Source: an uncultured Erysipelotrichaceae bacterium
GTDB taxonomy: Bacteria; Bacillota_I; Bacilli_A; RFN20; CAG-826
Assembly (NCBI GenBank): GCA_900316365.1
Contig: ONCO01000001.1
Coordinates: 3,675 to 67,674, forward strand
DNA length: 64,000 nucleotides
Reading direction: 5' to 3'
A program made the position numbers and the translations under genes. Positions 47,090 to 57,322 of this stretch are shown piece after piece. The notes under the pieces are model-generated. The model was given only the letters and a program-made list of their open reading frames with translations. It made no database searches and was not told where the DNA came from. Positions within the stretch are counted from its first letter, which is position 1. Every line of letters begins with the position of its first letter.

Positions 47090-50000
47090 ATGACGGAATC
47101 ACTTTCGCTTAAGAAGTGTCGCGATAAATTATTGGATTTGGGTAAGAAGAATCGATTGCTTTATTTTTCTTACGGCGCGAGCGCTCTAAGGATCCTCTCG
47201 CCTGAGAAAGAATGGCTCTTCGACGCCATCAAAGGCGGCAAAAAAGTCCCATTTTTCGATTTGGATTCCTATTTGGAGAACATTGGGAAGCCATTTCACT
47301 TCTTACTCGATGACGAATGCACCGAAGATGACCTTCAGGCCGCGATCGCCTCGTCTAGAGGAGACCGCATCTTCCTTCAGCCTACATCCGCTAGAAAGAA
47401 ACTCTCCCAAGTCTTGAGGATCATCAAGAATACCGCGGATGACGCTTTCGCTAACCGCGGCATCCAGACCTTATATCTCGCTTTCGGGCTTTTGAAATGG
47501 AAAGACGCCCAGGAATCTAACCTCGAAGTTCTTTCTCCTCTCGTCTTGATCCCGGTCTACATGATCAAGAATGAGAACGGCCAATATTCCATTTATGCCG
47601 ATGAAGGTGCCGAACCAAGCGTTAATGGCACCCTCCAATATCAATTGAAAGGCCAGTATGGCTTTGTCTTACCAGCCTTAAAAGAAGAATCCAATCTCAG
47701 CGATTATCTTGCCTTGGTTAAATCTAAAGCCGAGACCATGGGCTGGGACGTCATTGATGAATGCAACTTAGGTCTTTATACCTTCGCCAAGATCGACATG
47801 TATAGCGACCTCCTCAATAACGAGTCCTCCGTTCTCCGTAACGAATATGTCGCTAAGCTTTTCGACGCCGGGGCCAATGATGAGCAGGAATGCTTGCCTG
47901 ATGTCGCCGATGAAGAAAAAGCCGAGGAATCCTTAAGGAATGGCACCGCCAAACTCCATAACGTCGTCGATGCCGATTCCAGCCAATTGAAGGCTATTTT
48001 AGCCGCTAAAAAAGGCCGTTCTTTCGTCCTTCAAGGCCCGCCTGGCACTGGTAAGTCGCAGACCATCACCAACATCATCGCCGAGGCTTTACATGATGGC
48101 AAAAACGTCCTCTTCGTTTCCGAGAAGATGGCGGCTCTCGAAGTCGTTTATAACAAACTTTCCTCGGTTGGACTTGGCGATTTCTGCTTAAGGCTCCACG
48201 GTCATAAGGCCAATAAGAAATCCGTCGTCGAGGACATCGACCATGCGATGAATCTTCCTAACGTCCGCTTAAAGGAAGAGGCCGTTGAGGCGCTTAATTC
48301 CCTCGAAAAAGAGACCGAGATGCTCAATAGCTATGAAAGCGCCCTTCATGATGTCATTCCTGAATTCGGGGTTTCGCCATTCCAGTTATACGCCGAGATG
48401 GACCGCCTCGATGACATCGACGTCCCATTATTCTCCTTTGAGCATATCGAGAATTGCGGCAAGGAATTCTTAGATGATGCGGTCGCTAATTTCGAGACCA
48501 TCCGCGAAGGCATCAACATCATGGGCAACCATTATGCTGACTATTGCCTCTATGGATATCGCGGTGAAGACAGCTATGAAGGTGAGATCGCCTTTGCCTC
48601 CGCTTTAAGCGAGGCGAAGGTTGATTTAGACGCGCTTAAGGAAACCTTGGAGCCATTAAACGATGACCTTAACGTCTCTGATGGTTTCGCCTCCAAGGAT
48701 ATGGCGCATCTATTCGCCTTCCTTAAGTTCTTCAAGACCTCCTCTTTCTTCGAGCCTTCCTTATTCGACAAGCATCGCGATGCCATCGCGACCGTCGTTA
48801 AAGAAGCCATCGATACCGAAGATAGGATCAAAGCCCTCCATGACAGTGTTATCACTTGCTTCACCGAGGATATCTTCACCGATGTTAAGACTGAGGCCAT
48901 CGCCGAAAGGTATGAGAAGAAATACGGCAATATCTTCCGTGGTCTCATGCCGCAGCATCACCGTGACCGTAAGCATCTGAGGACTTTCGCTAGAGATGAC
49001 GCCCTCCCATTCAAGAAGACCCGCGCCGCCCTCCACGATTACGCCGAACATCAGAAGGCCACACGCCGCTTAGAAGAACTCCGCAACGAGCTTTCCGATT
49101 CCTTTGACAATAAGCGTAACTGCAGTGATAAGAAGTTCTTAGATTTCCTTTCCAAGGTCAGAGGCTACCTCCCATTTATCGACCTCAACCTTGAGCATCT
49201 TGCCGCTCTACGTGAGAAAGATTGGGCCGAGATCAAGAAGAAGATCGACGCTAAAAACCTCGACGAATCCCGTTTAGAGAAACCTCTTTCGGTGCAATCA
49301 TTCTATGAAGAGGAAAAACGTAACCTCAGCAGCCTTTCCTTCAACGAGTTAAGGAAACTCATCTACGAAGCCGACGACGCCAAGAGCCAACTTCATACCA
49401 ATAACCGCTTCGTCGCGGCTATGAAGAAGACCCATGACGATGGTTATGGTTCCTTCGTCGAGGAATGCTTATCCCACGACTTGCCGATAGATCAATTGGT
49501 CGATGCCTTTAAGAAGGTCCTCACCAAACAGAGAATCTATTACGCGGAGAGCAAGAGAAGCATCCTCTCCGAACTTACGAGACAACGTCATGACGAGCTC
49601 ATCGAGAAGTTCCAGGGCCATGACAAGATGCGTTTCGCCATCGCCCAGGCGGAAGTCAAGAAAGCCGTCCTTTCTCGCTTCCCGGCCTCCAAGGCCAGAG
49701 GGGTCTATGGCAAGCTCTCCTTCGAAGTCAGCAAGAAACGCAACATCAAACCTGTCCGCGCCCTTATGGATTCCTATCAGGGGCAGATTCAGACCTTCAA
49801 GCCATGCTTCATGATGTCGCCTCTATCCGTATCTACCTTCCTTAAACCGGATTATAGGTTCGACCTCGTCGTCTTTGATGAAGCCTCCCAAGTTTATCCT
49901 TGGGATGCCATTGGTGCGATTTATCGCGCCAACCAGGTCATCGTCGTCGGCGACAACAAGCAGATGCCGCCAACCAACTTCTTCGTCAGCATGGACGCCC

Positions 50001-51712
50001 TTGAGGACGACTATAACGCCGATGAGGCCGATGTTAATGACGTCGGTGACTTCGAATCCATCTTGGATTTCTTCATGAATTTCCCGCATTATCGCTTGCT
50101 CTGGCACTATAGAAGCAAGAACGAAGCCTTAATCGCTTTCAGCAACCATCATTTCTACGATGATTCGCTTATCACTTTCCCATCCTCCCAGAAAGCCGTT
50201 CCTGGCTTCGGCGTGGATTTCGTCTACGCCAAAGGAACGTATAACCATGGCTCCAGATTTAACCCAATCGAGGCTAAGAAGGTCGCCAATGTCGTCTATG
50301 AGAACGTCATGAAGCATCCAGAACGCTCCATCGGCGTCGTCTCCTTCAACGTCCGCCAGCAGGAAGAAATCGAGAACTGCATCGAAGATCTCTGCGACGC
50401 CCATCCATCCTTCCGCAAAGCCTTATCCGAAAAGGTTGATGAGCCCTTATTTGTCAAGAACCTCGAAACCGTCCAAGGCGATGAAAGAGACGTCATCGTC
50501 CTCTCCGTCGGCTATGGCAAAGATAAATCCGGCAATGTCGGACATAACTTCGGTCCGCTTAACCGCGCTGGCGGCGAACGCCGTCTTAACGTCGCGATCA
50601 CCCGCGCCAAGATCAACACCATCGTCGTCAGTTCCATCCGTTACAGCGACCTTGATATCTCCAAATGCAAATCCGAAGGCTCCAAGTTGCTTAGAAGTTA
50701 CCTCAACTACGCCGAAAATGGCGTCACTGAGGATAGCGTGCCAAGCGGAAACGGCCTTTGCTTCGAATCCCCGTTCGAAGAAGAGGTCTATAACTTCTTG
50801 GACAAGAACGGCTATAAGGTCGATACCCAGGTCGGTTGCAGCTCTTACCGCATCGACCTCGGCGTCAAACATCCAAAGAAGCCGGCCTATGTTCTTGCCG
50901 TTGAATGCGATGGCGCTTCCTATCATTCCTCCCGCGTGGCGAGGGATAGAGACCGCCTCCGTCAGGAAGTCCTCGAAAGCCAAGGCTGGAATTTCCATCG
51001 TGTCTGGTCGACCGACTGGTTCAGAGACCGTAAGAACGAGGAGATGAGGCTCCTCGATGCGGTTAGGAACGCGATGGCGCGCTTCAACGCGAAGGATGCG
51101 GATGACCCTCTCCCGGAAGTCAAAGAGGAAGAGGTTAAGAAAGAGGCCATCGCCGACGTCGAAGAAGTCGCTCCAAAGAGACTTATCGATTACCTCAATC
51201 AGTTTGTTCCGTTTGTCCCGGTCGTTCAAAGCCCATTACCGTTACAAAACGTCGGTGTTGCCGCTAGACAATTCGGCGTGCAGATCATTGAAAAAGAAGG
51301 CCCAATCACCTTGCATAGGCTTTGCTCCCTTCTAATTCAGTTCTGCGGTCGCACCAAAGTAACCAAAGACGTTAAGGAAAGGGTTGAGGAAGCGATGATT
51401 CTCCTTAAGCCTCGCGGCGTCTATCAATATGGCGATTGCTATGCCTTGAAAGATCCAAAGGACGTCATGCTCCGCTTCGGCGGCGGTCGTGACTTTGGCG
51501 ACATCCCGCAGGTCGAATACCGCAATGCGATGCTTAAGTCCTTGGAGATTGACCCAGGACAAAACGAAGATGCGCTTTACCGTTCTATCGGCGAGGCCAT
51601 CGGGTATAATCGCGCGGTCAAGCAGCTCCGTTTGATCCTCAGCGAGTGCCTCGGCGCCTTAAAAGAAGCCGGCCTCGTCTATGAGGACGAAGGTTGTTAC
51701 TACCTTAAATGA
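47090..51712 (+). CDS. DUF4011 - SF1 helicase - Vsr-like nuclease - DUF3320-like protein (Hhe-like defence)
   Basis: LLDLGKKNRLL, QGPPGTGKSQTI, DEASQ, GDNKQMPP, WHYRS, VQGDERD, RLNVAITRA, FESPFEEEV..RIDL..AVECDG..YH..RDRLRQ..GW. Confidence 0.88.
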   Translation: MTESLSLKKCRDKLLDLGKKNRLLYFSYGASALRILSPEKEWLFDAIKGGKKVPFFDLDSYLENIGKPFHFLLDDECTEDDLQAAIASSRGDRIFLQPTSARKKLSQVLRIIKNTADDAFANRGIQTLYLAFGLLKWKDAQESNLEVLSPLVLIPVYMIKNENGQYSIYADEGAEPSVNGTLQYQLKGQYGFVLPALKEESNLSDYLALVKSKAETMGWDVIDECNLGLYTFAKIDMYSDLLNNESSVLRNEYVAKLFDAGANDEQECLPDVADEEKAEESLRNGTAKLHNVVDADSSQLKAILAAKKGRSFVLQGPPGTGKSQTITNIIAEALHDGKNVLFVSEKMAALEVVYNKLSSVGLGDFCLRLHGHKANKKSVVEDIDHAMNLPNVRLKEEAVEALNSLEKETEMLNSYESALHDVIPEFGVSPFQLYAEMDRLDDIDVPLFSFEHIENCGKEFLDDAVANFETIREGINIMGNHYADYCLYGYRGEDSYEGEIAFASALSEAKVDLDALKETLEPLNDDLNVSDGFASKDMAHLFAFLKFFKTSSFFEPSLFDKHRDAIATVVKEAIDTEDRIKALHDSVITCFTEDIFTDVKTEAIAERYEKKYGNIFRGLMPQHHRDRKHLRTFARDDALPFKKTRAALHDYAEHQKATRRLEELRNELSDSFDNKRNCSDKKFLDFLSKVRGYLPFIDLNLEHLAALREKDWAEIKKKIDAKNLDESRLEKPLSVQSFYEEEKRNLSSLSFNELRKLIYEADDAKSQLHTNNRFVAAMKKTHDDGYGSFVEECLSHDLPIDQLVDAFKKVLTKQRIYYAESKRSILSELTRQRHDELIEKFQGHDKMRFAIAQAEVKKAVLSRFPASKARGVYGKLSFEVSKKRNIKPVRALMDSYQGQIQTFKPCFMMSPLSVSTFLKPDYRFDLVVFDEASQVYPWDAIGAIYRANQVIVVGDNKQMPPTNFFVSMDALEDDYNADEADVNDVGDFESILDFFMNFPHYRLLWHYRSKNEALIAFSNHHFYDDSLITFPSSQKAVPGFGVDFVYAKGTYNHGSRFNPIEAKKVANVVYENVMKHPERSIGVVSFNVRQQEEIENCIEDLCDAHPSFRKALSEKVDEPLFVKNLETVQGDERDVIVLSVGYGKDKSGNVGHNFGPLNRAGGERRLNVAITRAKINTIVVSSIRYSDLDISKCKSEGSKLLRSYLNYAENGVTEDSVPSGNGLCFESPFEEEVYNFLDKNGYKVDTQVGCSSYRIDLGVKHPKKPAYVLAVECDGASYHSSRVARDRDRLRQEVLESQGWNFHRVWSTDWFRDRKNEEMRLLDAVRNAMARFNAKDADDPLPEVKEEEVKKEAIADVEEVAPKRLIDYLNQFVPFVPVVQSPLPLQNVGVAARQFGVQIIEKEGPITLHRLCSLLIQFCGRTKVTKDVKERVEEAMILLKPRGVYQYGDCYALKDPKDVMLRFGGGRDFGDIPQVEYRNAMLKSLEIDPGQNEDALYRSIGEAIGYNRAVKQLRLILSECLGALKEAGLVYEDEGCYYLK

Positions 51713-51773
51713 CAAACGCCCCACATCAGCCAATATCTGAAGTGGGGTTTTCTCTTTCGCGTGTCATGACAGA

Positions 51774-54524
51774 TTATGCTTTAAGGATGTCAATCGGCTC
51801 GATATTACGGTTGCGCCAAATTGGAATAAAAGCGGCGATGAGGGACGAGGCTATGGCCGAGCCAAAAATTACTAGGGGTTCAAAGAAGGAGATAGCAAAA
51901 ATGTTGGAGGCAATTGAATAGTGGATGCTTACGTAGACGTTGAGAAGCAGGCAAGCTATGCTCGATCCAATTATGGATATGGTTCCGGTCAATAAAGCAA
52001 TCAGAAGGGCCTCAAAAAGGTAAATGGAGAGTAAATCTTTGTTCCTTGCCCCCAAAGCCATTAATATTCCTCGCTCTTTTTTGGTATAAGAAAGAGAAAT
52101 CGAGATGTAGTTGTTGAGCACTAGGGCGGAAATTGCGGCTAAGAAAACCACGGCAAAAGCACTGAGAATGTCTATAGGGAAATGGAAGAATAAATCGACC
52201 TCTTCTATTAAATCCGTGGTGCTGTTATCGATGTAATTTCTCCCTTTCTGAAGGAAGTAATCAAGGAAATGCTCGTCTACGGACGGATCTGCGCTACAAA
52301 CAACTTTGAAGGCATAAAAACATTCGCTGTTCGCTTTTAGATAAGCGTAATCGTTTCCGCCAACCACAAGTTCACGTTCGAAAGTTGGTATATTCAAGGT
52401 TGTCTCATCATTGATGTTTTTATAGAAAGCCTTAATCGTCTTGATATTTGTTTCTTCGTTATTGTTCCAAACGCTAGCCGCGAGTTGCCCTTTTTTCCAA
52501 GACTTTATCATTTTCTCTTTATCGGAGTCGTTTGTTCCAGATTCTGATAAAGAGAGCATTATGTCCCCGTTGGTTATTTCGATGAATTCGTCGTTATTCT
52601 TTAATAGTTCGGCAATATTATGCCCATTTGGCATGATGAAATAAGTTTCTAGAAAATCTCTTCTTGAGAGATATTCGACATCAACCTTTTCCGCTTCAGT
52701 TATTCTCCCGTCTTCTCTCTCGCTGCTTCTGATAAATATGCCTCTACCTTTATCAAAACGATAAGTTACGACATATTCGCCATTCTCGTCCGATAGAGTC
52801 GCGGAATAGACGGATCCGCCATTCTCATCTAAGGTGTAGCCATGAGTTGCGAACCATCTTTGCCCGACTCTGATGTCCCCGTTAGTGTGGTCGACGTCAT
52901 ATTCTGTATGGTACGCGGTAAACACTTTTCCGACTCCAACTTTGTAATCGATGTAGAGAGTTTCTAACGAATCGGCGGTTTTATTTATGTCAATGTCGTC
53001 AAAGGCGTAAGACTTTTCGTTACTGTAAGCACTAACCATTATGGTAGAAAGAAGCGCTGAATAATCAGTCTCATATGCCTCTTTTGATAAAAAAACGGTC
53101 GTGGAAAAGCTATTCTCCAACTCGTTCTCGAGTCGGGATTCTAAACCAATGTCTCTGGTGATATCCCTTTCCCGAAGGTGTTCGTAGTCGGAAGTGTCAA
53201 AATGATTGTCGACGACGCCGACGACGTGGAAAACTGTGGATGAGTGATTTAAACTTATTTCTACCCCCTCATAAGTATTAAGGCCTTTGCTGCGGGCTAA
53301 AGAATCATAGAGTAATTTCGAAATTGCGATTTCATCTGTTTTTTCGGGTAGTGTGCCATCGATGGTGAATCCAGATTTGCGAAGATCGTCTTCGACAAGG
53401 TAGGAATAGCTATCAAAATAGGTGATGTCATAGACTTTCCTTGCGCGTGAACCTTGAATCCCTGAGTTAGCGTGCCCTTTGCCGACGACTTCGACATCTC
53501 CGCGATTATATTTGGGCTGAGAAACCTCTTTAAAAAACACTTTCCCTCTAGCCGCCTTTTCAATCTGGTCTATTTCCCTTTTGTAGATGGGGGATTCGTT
53601 TGAGCGATTACAAATGAGCAACTCCTTGTTTTTGGCGAATGAGATTGAAGTTGCGATTGCCCTCGCTGGGTTGATGCTTTTGGCGGCGCTGATGAGCCCG
53701 AAAAGCGTGAAAGAGGTAACGGAGAGAAGGACGGAAGCGATCAATCTTTTTCCTTTGTGGCGGAGAGACTTCAACCCCATGCGAGAACCATCTTTAAAGG
53801 AAAGACGCGATTTTTTCAGAATAAGTGTGTTTTTGGAAGGATCTTCGACAAAGTTTTTGTTTGAGTCTTTTACGATTTTTCCATCGCTAAGTTCGATGAC
53901 TCTATCACCAAAACGTTCGGCAAAACTACGGTCGTGACTTACTACGACGATGAGTTTTTCCTTTGACAATTCCTTGAGCAATTCCATTATGGCCGCTCCA
54001 GCGGTTGAGTCTAAAGAACCTGTCGGCTCATCGGCCAAGATAAAAGTCGGGTTTTTGACTATGGCCCTCGCTAAAGCTACTCGTTGCCTTTGCCCGCCGG
54101 ATAACTTAAGGCTTTTTCTTTTTGCGTAGCTGTCCATGCCGACTTTAGCCAAAGCAGACTTGACCTCGCCGCAATCTTTTTTTCCTTGTAGCGACAAGGG
54201 TAGGGCGACGTTATCGGCTACGCTTAAATCATCGAGCAGTTTGAAGTCTTGGAACACGAATCCGACGCAGGTGTTTCTGTATTTTTCTAACGAGTTTCTA
54301 TCAAGGGATGATATTGAAACGCCATCAACGATAATATCGCCAGAAGTAGGACGAAGAAGGCCACCTAAAAGATGCAGAAGGGTAGATTTGCCGCTTCCGG
54401 ATTTCCCAAGAACGAATACCAATCCTTTTTCCGCGAGTTTAAAAGAGATACCATCAAGCGCTTTGCTCTCAGACGTCGAGCCTTTGGTCGCGAATGTTTT
54501 CGATAAAGCCCTGGCCTCGATCAT
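51774..54524 (-). CDS. MacB-like ABC transporter, ATPase + FtsX permease fusion
   Basis: GKSGSGKS, LSGGQRQR, ADEPTG, large extracellular loop, C-terminal GILMALGA FtsX domain. Confidence 0.92.
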   Translation of the reverse strand: MIEARALSKTFATKGSTSESKALDGISFKLAEKGLVFVLGKSGSGKSTLLHLLGGLLRPTSGDIIVDGVSISSLDRNSLEKYRNTCVGFVFQDFKLLDDLSVADNVALPLSLQGKKDCGEVKSALAKVGMDSYAKRKSLKLSGGQRQRVALARAIVKNPTFILADEPTGSLDSTAGAAIMELLKELSKEKLIVVVSHDRSFAERFGDRVIELSDGKIVKDSNKNFVEDPSKNTLILKKSRLSFKDGSRMGLKSLRHKGKRLIASVLLSVTSFTLFGLISAAKSINPARAIATSISFAKNKELLICNRSNESPIYKREIDQIEKAARGKVFFKEVSQPKYNRGDVEVVGKGHANSGIQGSRARKVYDITYFDSYSYLVEDDLRKSGFTIDGTLPEKTDEIAISKLLYDSLARSKGLNTYEGVEISLNHSSTVFHVVGVVDNHFDTSDYEHLRERDITRDIGLESRLENELENSFSTTVFLSKEAYETDYSALLSTIMVSAYSNEKSYAFDDIDINKTADSLETLYIDYKVGVGKVFTAYHTEYDVDHTNGDIRVGQRWFATHGYTLDENGGSVYSATLSDENGEYVVTYRFDKGRGIFIRSSEREDGRITEAEKVDVEYLSRRDFLETYFIMPNGHNIAELLKNNDEFIEITNGDIMLSLSESGTNDSDKEKMIKSWKKGQLAASVWNNNEETNIKTIKAFYKNINDETTLNIPTFERELVVGGNDYAYLKANSECFYAFKVVCSADPSVDEHFLDYFLQKGRNYIDNSTTDLIEEVDLFFHFPIDILSAFAVVFLAAISALVLNNYISISLSYTKKERGILMALGARNKDLLSIYLFEALLIALLTGTISIIGSSIACLLLNVYVSIHYSIASNIFAISFFEPLVIFGSAIASSLIAAFIPIWRNRNIEPIDILKA

Positions 54525-54528
54525 AATT

Positions 54529-57252
54529 CTACCTGTTTGTTAGGGTCTCGATTGGTTTCTTGTTGCGGTTCTTCCAAATCGGAAGAGAAACCGCCAAAAG
54601 GGAAAATAGAATCGACAATCCGAATATCATAATCGGCTCTAGGAAAGAGAAACTAAAAATGTTTATTTCGACATAGAGATAACTGATGATTTTCTCGTTG
54701 ATGATCGAGGCTCCTATTAATGAGCCCAAGATGCCAAGACATGTGTTGATTAAAGCGACGACGAGGCTTTCGATAACATAGATCGACAAAACGTCTCTAT
54801 TACTCGCCCCCAAAGCGCGAAGGATTCCGATTTCTCTTTTTCCATATGACATCGAGAGGCTGATGAAATTCATAAGGATTAGCGAGGACAGAAGAGCCAA
54901 GACGAACGCGGCTCCCAAAACTGTTGGCAAAGTTGGACCCGAATAAACCGTGTTAAGGGTGTCGATTGCGCTCTCGCTGATATTAGAAACCTTAAGTGAG
55001 ATTCCTAAGTTATCTTTGTTGGTGCAGTAGGAGTAGAAAGCGCGAATTATCTCCGGATTATCAGGGAGTTTAGCGATTAGTCTGTAGCTTCCAGTAGCCC
55101 TCTCTTCGAGAGACTCTTTCATTTGAGATGACACTAACATCGATGAGTTTGTGAAACACCTATTTGAATCATCTCTTTTGAGGCATACGCCCTTAATTCT
55201 GGCTGTCATCTCATCGCCGTCGGCAATTAAAGCGACATCGCTTTTTCCGGAAAGATAATGTGCGCAAATCGGCGAATTTTCATTATCGGTGACCAAAATC
55301 GCCTCTTCCGCTCCTAATGGAGCGAATGTGTCGTCGTCGATGAATAAGGCGTTTTTACTGCTTTGATTTGAGAAAAGGAATCGCTGATCGACAAATTCTC
55401 TCCGCGAGATGTTGATGGGGGCCTTCTCCGGGATTATCAAATTGGGATCTTCCTCTTCAGACACTCTTCCGCGCTCATACTCGTAAATAACGATGTAATC
55501 TCCGTCTGGAACGCTGATCGTTTTTGTGAATGTCCCGTTGTTGATGTTATATGTGTAGCCGTTAACGTCGTACCATTCTCTGCTAAAAAGAACTTCCCCT
55601 GTTTCTGAGTCGTAAATGTAATACTGAGGGTAAGCGAGGTAATACTGCTTTTCCTTATCGGCAATAAATTCTGTGTAAAGCTGTTCCAAACTGCTTCCCA
55701 CCGTTTCGTATGCGACGTCTAAAGATGCGTGGCCGTTCGAAACGGCAATTGGTCTCGCGTCCTTTAATGTCAAGTGCTCTGATAGAGAATCATTGACTAT
55801 GATGTTGCCGCTGAAACTGTTTCTTAGCTCATCATAAACGCAATCGAGTATTCTTTCGTTTTGGCGGTCAATCGGTTTCCTTTCAACGGAACCATAAGAA
55901 TTACCATTAAAGTTGGTAGATAATTCGCCGACGATTTCGTACTCTCGGCCGAACAAATCCCCGATGTCGAGCTTCACTTTTACGTCGGAATAGGTCCAAA
56001 GGCCAAGCTGCTTCATGTGATACGAAGAGATGACAATCTCGTTTTCTTTTTCAGGGAGTCTGCCATTCAAAGTGAACCTAGACGGGAAAAGGTCGCCTTG
56101 GCTGAACTGCATGTATCCAAACACGTCGCCTAGATAATATGGGTTGTTGCTTCCGCTGTACGGAGGAAGGCTAGCGTTCGTTTTACCTTTGTCAACGTCG
56201 CTAAGATATTCGACCTCATTGCCATAAATGTCGGCCCCCAAGCATTCTTTTATGAATACTTTATTTGCGAATTGTTTTTTGAGAGTTTCGATTCGACGCT
56301 TGGAAATAAAAGATGGCCCTTTCTCGTCATAGCATGTAATGCCTATGGATTTATGGTCGATAGAACTGAGGATGGAATTTAGTGTCGCCTCGTCAGCGTC
56401 CCACGAAGAATATGCGCACGCCATTCCGAAGGCTGCAAAAGAAACCGCAGAGAGGACGATGGTCATAGCCAAACGCGATATCTTGGTCTTAAATGAATGG
56501 GCCGCCATAGAGATGGCGCTCTTTAAACCCATCCTGGATTTTACAAGGGTCAACGATTTCTCTTGGGCGGTTGTGTTTATTGGGTCAGTGTCTGATGCGA
56601 TTCTGCCGTCCTCGATTTTGATGACGCGGTCACCGTATTTTTCAGCAAAAGACTCGTCATGAGAGACAACGACGACCAACCTGGTGGCGGAAATCTCTTT
56701 GAGAAGTTCCATTATCTGCGTGCCAGTTTCGAAATCTAAGGCTCCAGTCGGTTCATCACAAAGGAGGAAAGAAGGCTCTTTGACGAGCGCCCTGGCAATG
56801 GCGGTTCTTTGCTTTTCGCCGCCAGATAGAGTTGAAACCTTCCTTTTTGATAGACCAGCGATAGATACTTTGTTTATAACCTCATCGATAGCCGTTTTGT
56901 TACTTTTTCGTTGCAAACTTAAAGCTAGAGAGACGTTTTCTATTACGGTTTTGTTCTCAAGTAGGTTGAATTCTTGGAAGACAAAACCAACGCAACCATT
57001 TCTATATGAATCGAGGTCGCGCCCTTTTAGAGACGCTAGGGAGACACCATTTACCACGATGTCGCCAAAATCGATGTTGTCGAGTCCGCCTAAGAGGTTA
57101 AGGAGCGTTGATTTGCCGCTTCCTGATTTGCCCAAAACGAAAACCAACCCTTTGTCTTTTAAACCAAAAGAGACATGATCCAAGGCTTTTACGTCTGGAC
57201 CATCCCCTTCCTCAGAATGGTATATTTTGGTTAAACCTAAAACATTTATCAT
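54529..57252 (-). CDS. MacB-like ABC transporter, ATPase + FtsX permease fusion (paralog)
   Basis: GKSGSGKS, LSGGEKQR, CDEPTG, REIGILRALGA. Confidence 0.92.
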   Translation of the reverse strand: MINVLGLTKIYHSEEGDGPDVKALDHVSFGLKDKGLVFVLGKSGSGKSTLLNLLGGLDNIDFGDIVVNGVSLASLKGRDLDSYRNGCVGFVFQEFNLLENKTVIENVSLALSLQRKSNKTAIDEVINKVSIAGLSKRKVSTLSGGEKQRTAIARALVKEPSFLLCDEPTGALDFETGTQIMELLKEISATRLVVVVSHDESFAEKYGDRVIKIEDGRIASDTDPINTTAQEKSLTLVKSRMGLKSAISMAAHSFKTKISRLAMTIVLSAVSFAAFGMACAYSSWDADEATLNSILSSIDHKSIGITCYDEKGPSFISKRRIETLKKQFANKVFIKECLGADIYGNEVEYLSDVDKGKTNASLPPYSGSNNPYYLGDVFGYMQFSQGDLFPSRFTLNGRLPEKENEIVISSYHMKQLGLWTYSDVKVKLDIGDLFGREYEIVGELSTNFNGNSYGSVERKPIDRQNERILDCVYDELRNSFSGNIIVNDSLSEHLTLKDARPIAVSNGHASLDVAYETVGSSLEQLYTEFIADKEKQYYLAYPQYYIYDSETGEVLFSREWYDVNGYTYNINNGTFTKTISVPDGDYIVIYEYERGRVSEEEDPNLIIPEKAPINISRREFVDQRFLFSNQSSKNALFIDDDTFAPLGAEEAILVTDNENSPICAHYLSGKSDVALIADGDEMTARIKGVCLKRDDSNRCFTNSSMLVSSQMKESLEERATGSYRLIAKLPDNPEIIRAFYSYCTNKDNLGISLKVSNISESAIDTLNTVYSGPTLPTVLGAAFVLALLSSLILMNFISLSMSYGKREIGILRALGASNRDVLSIYVIESLVVALINTCLGILGSLIGASIINEKIISYLYVEINIFSFSFLEPIMIFGLSILFSLLAVSLPIWKNRNKKPIETLTNR

Positions 57253-57322
57253 GGTGAAGTTTTCCCATTTCGGGAGCGCCCTAACTTTTATAAGCCATAG
57301 TTATAAAAGTGCAACACTATTT

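Noticed and set aside
50436-51229. 203-aa and 260-aa overlapping ORFs inside the helicase gene
   Set aside because: Shadow frames of a long codon-biased gene
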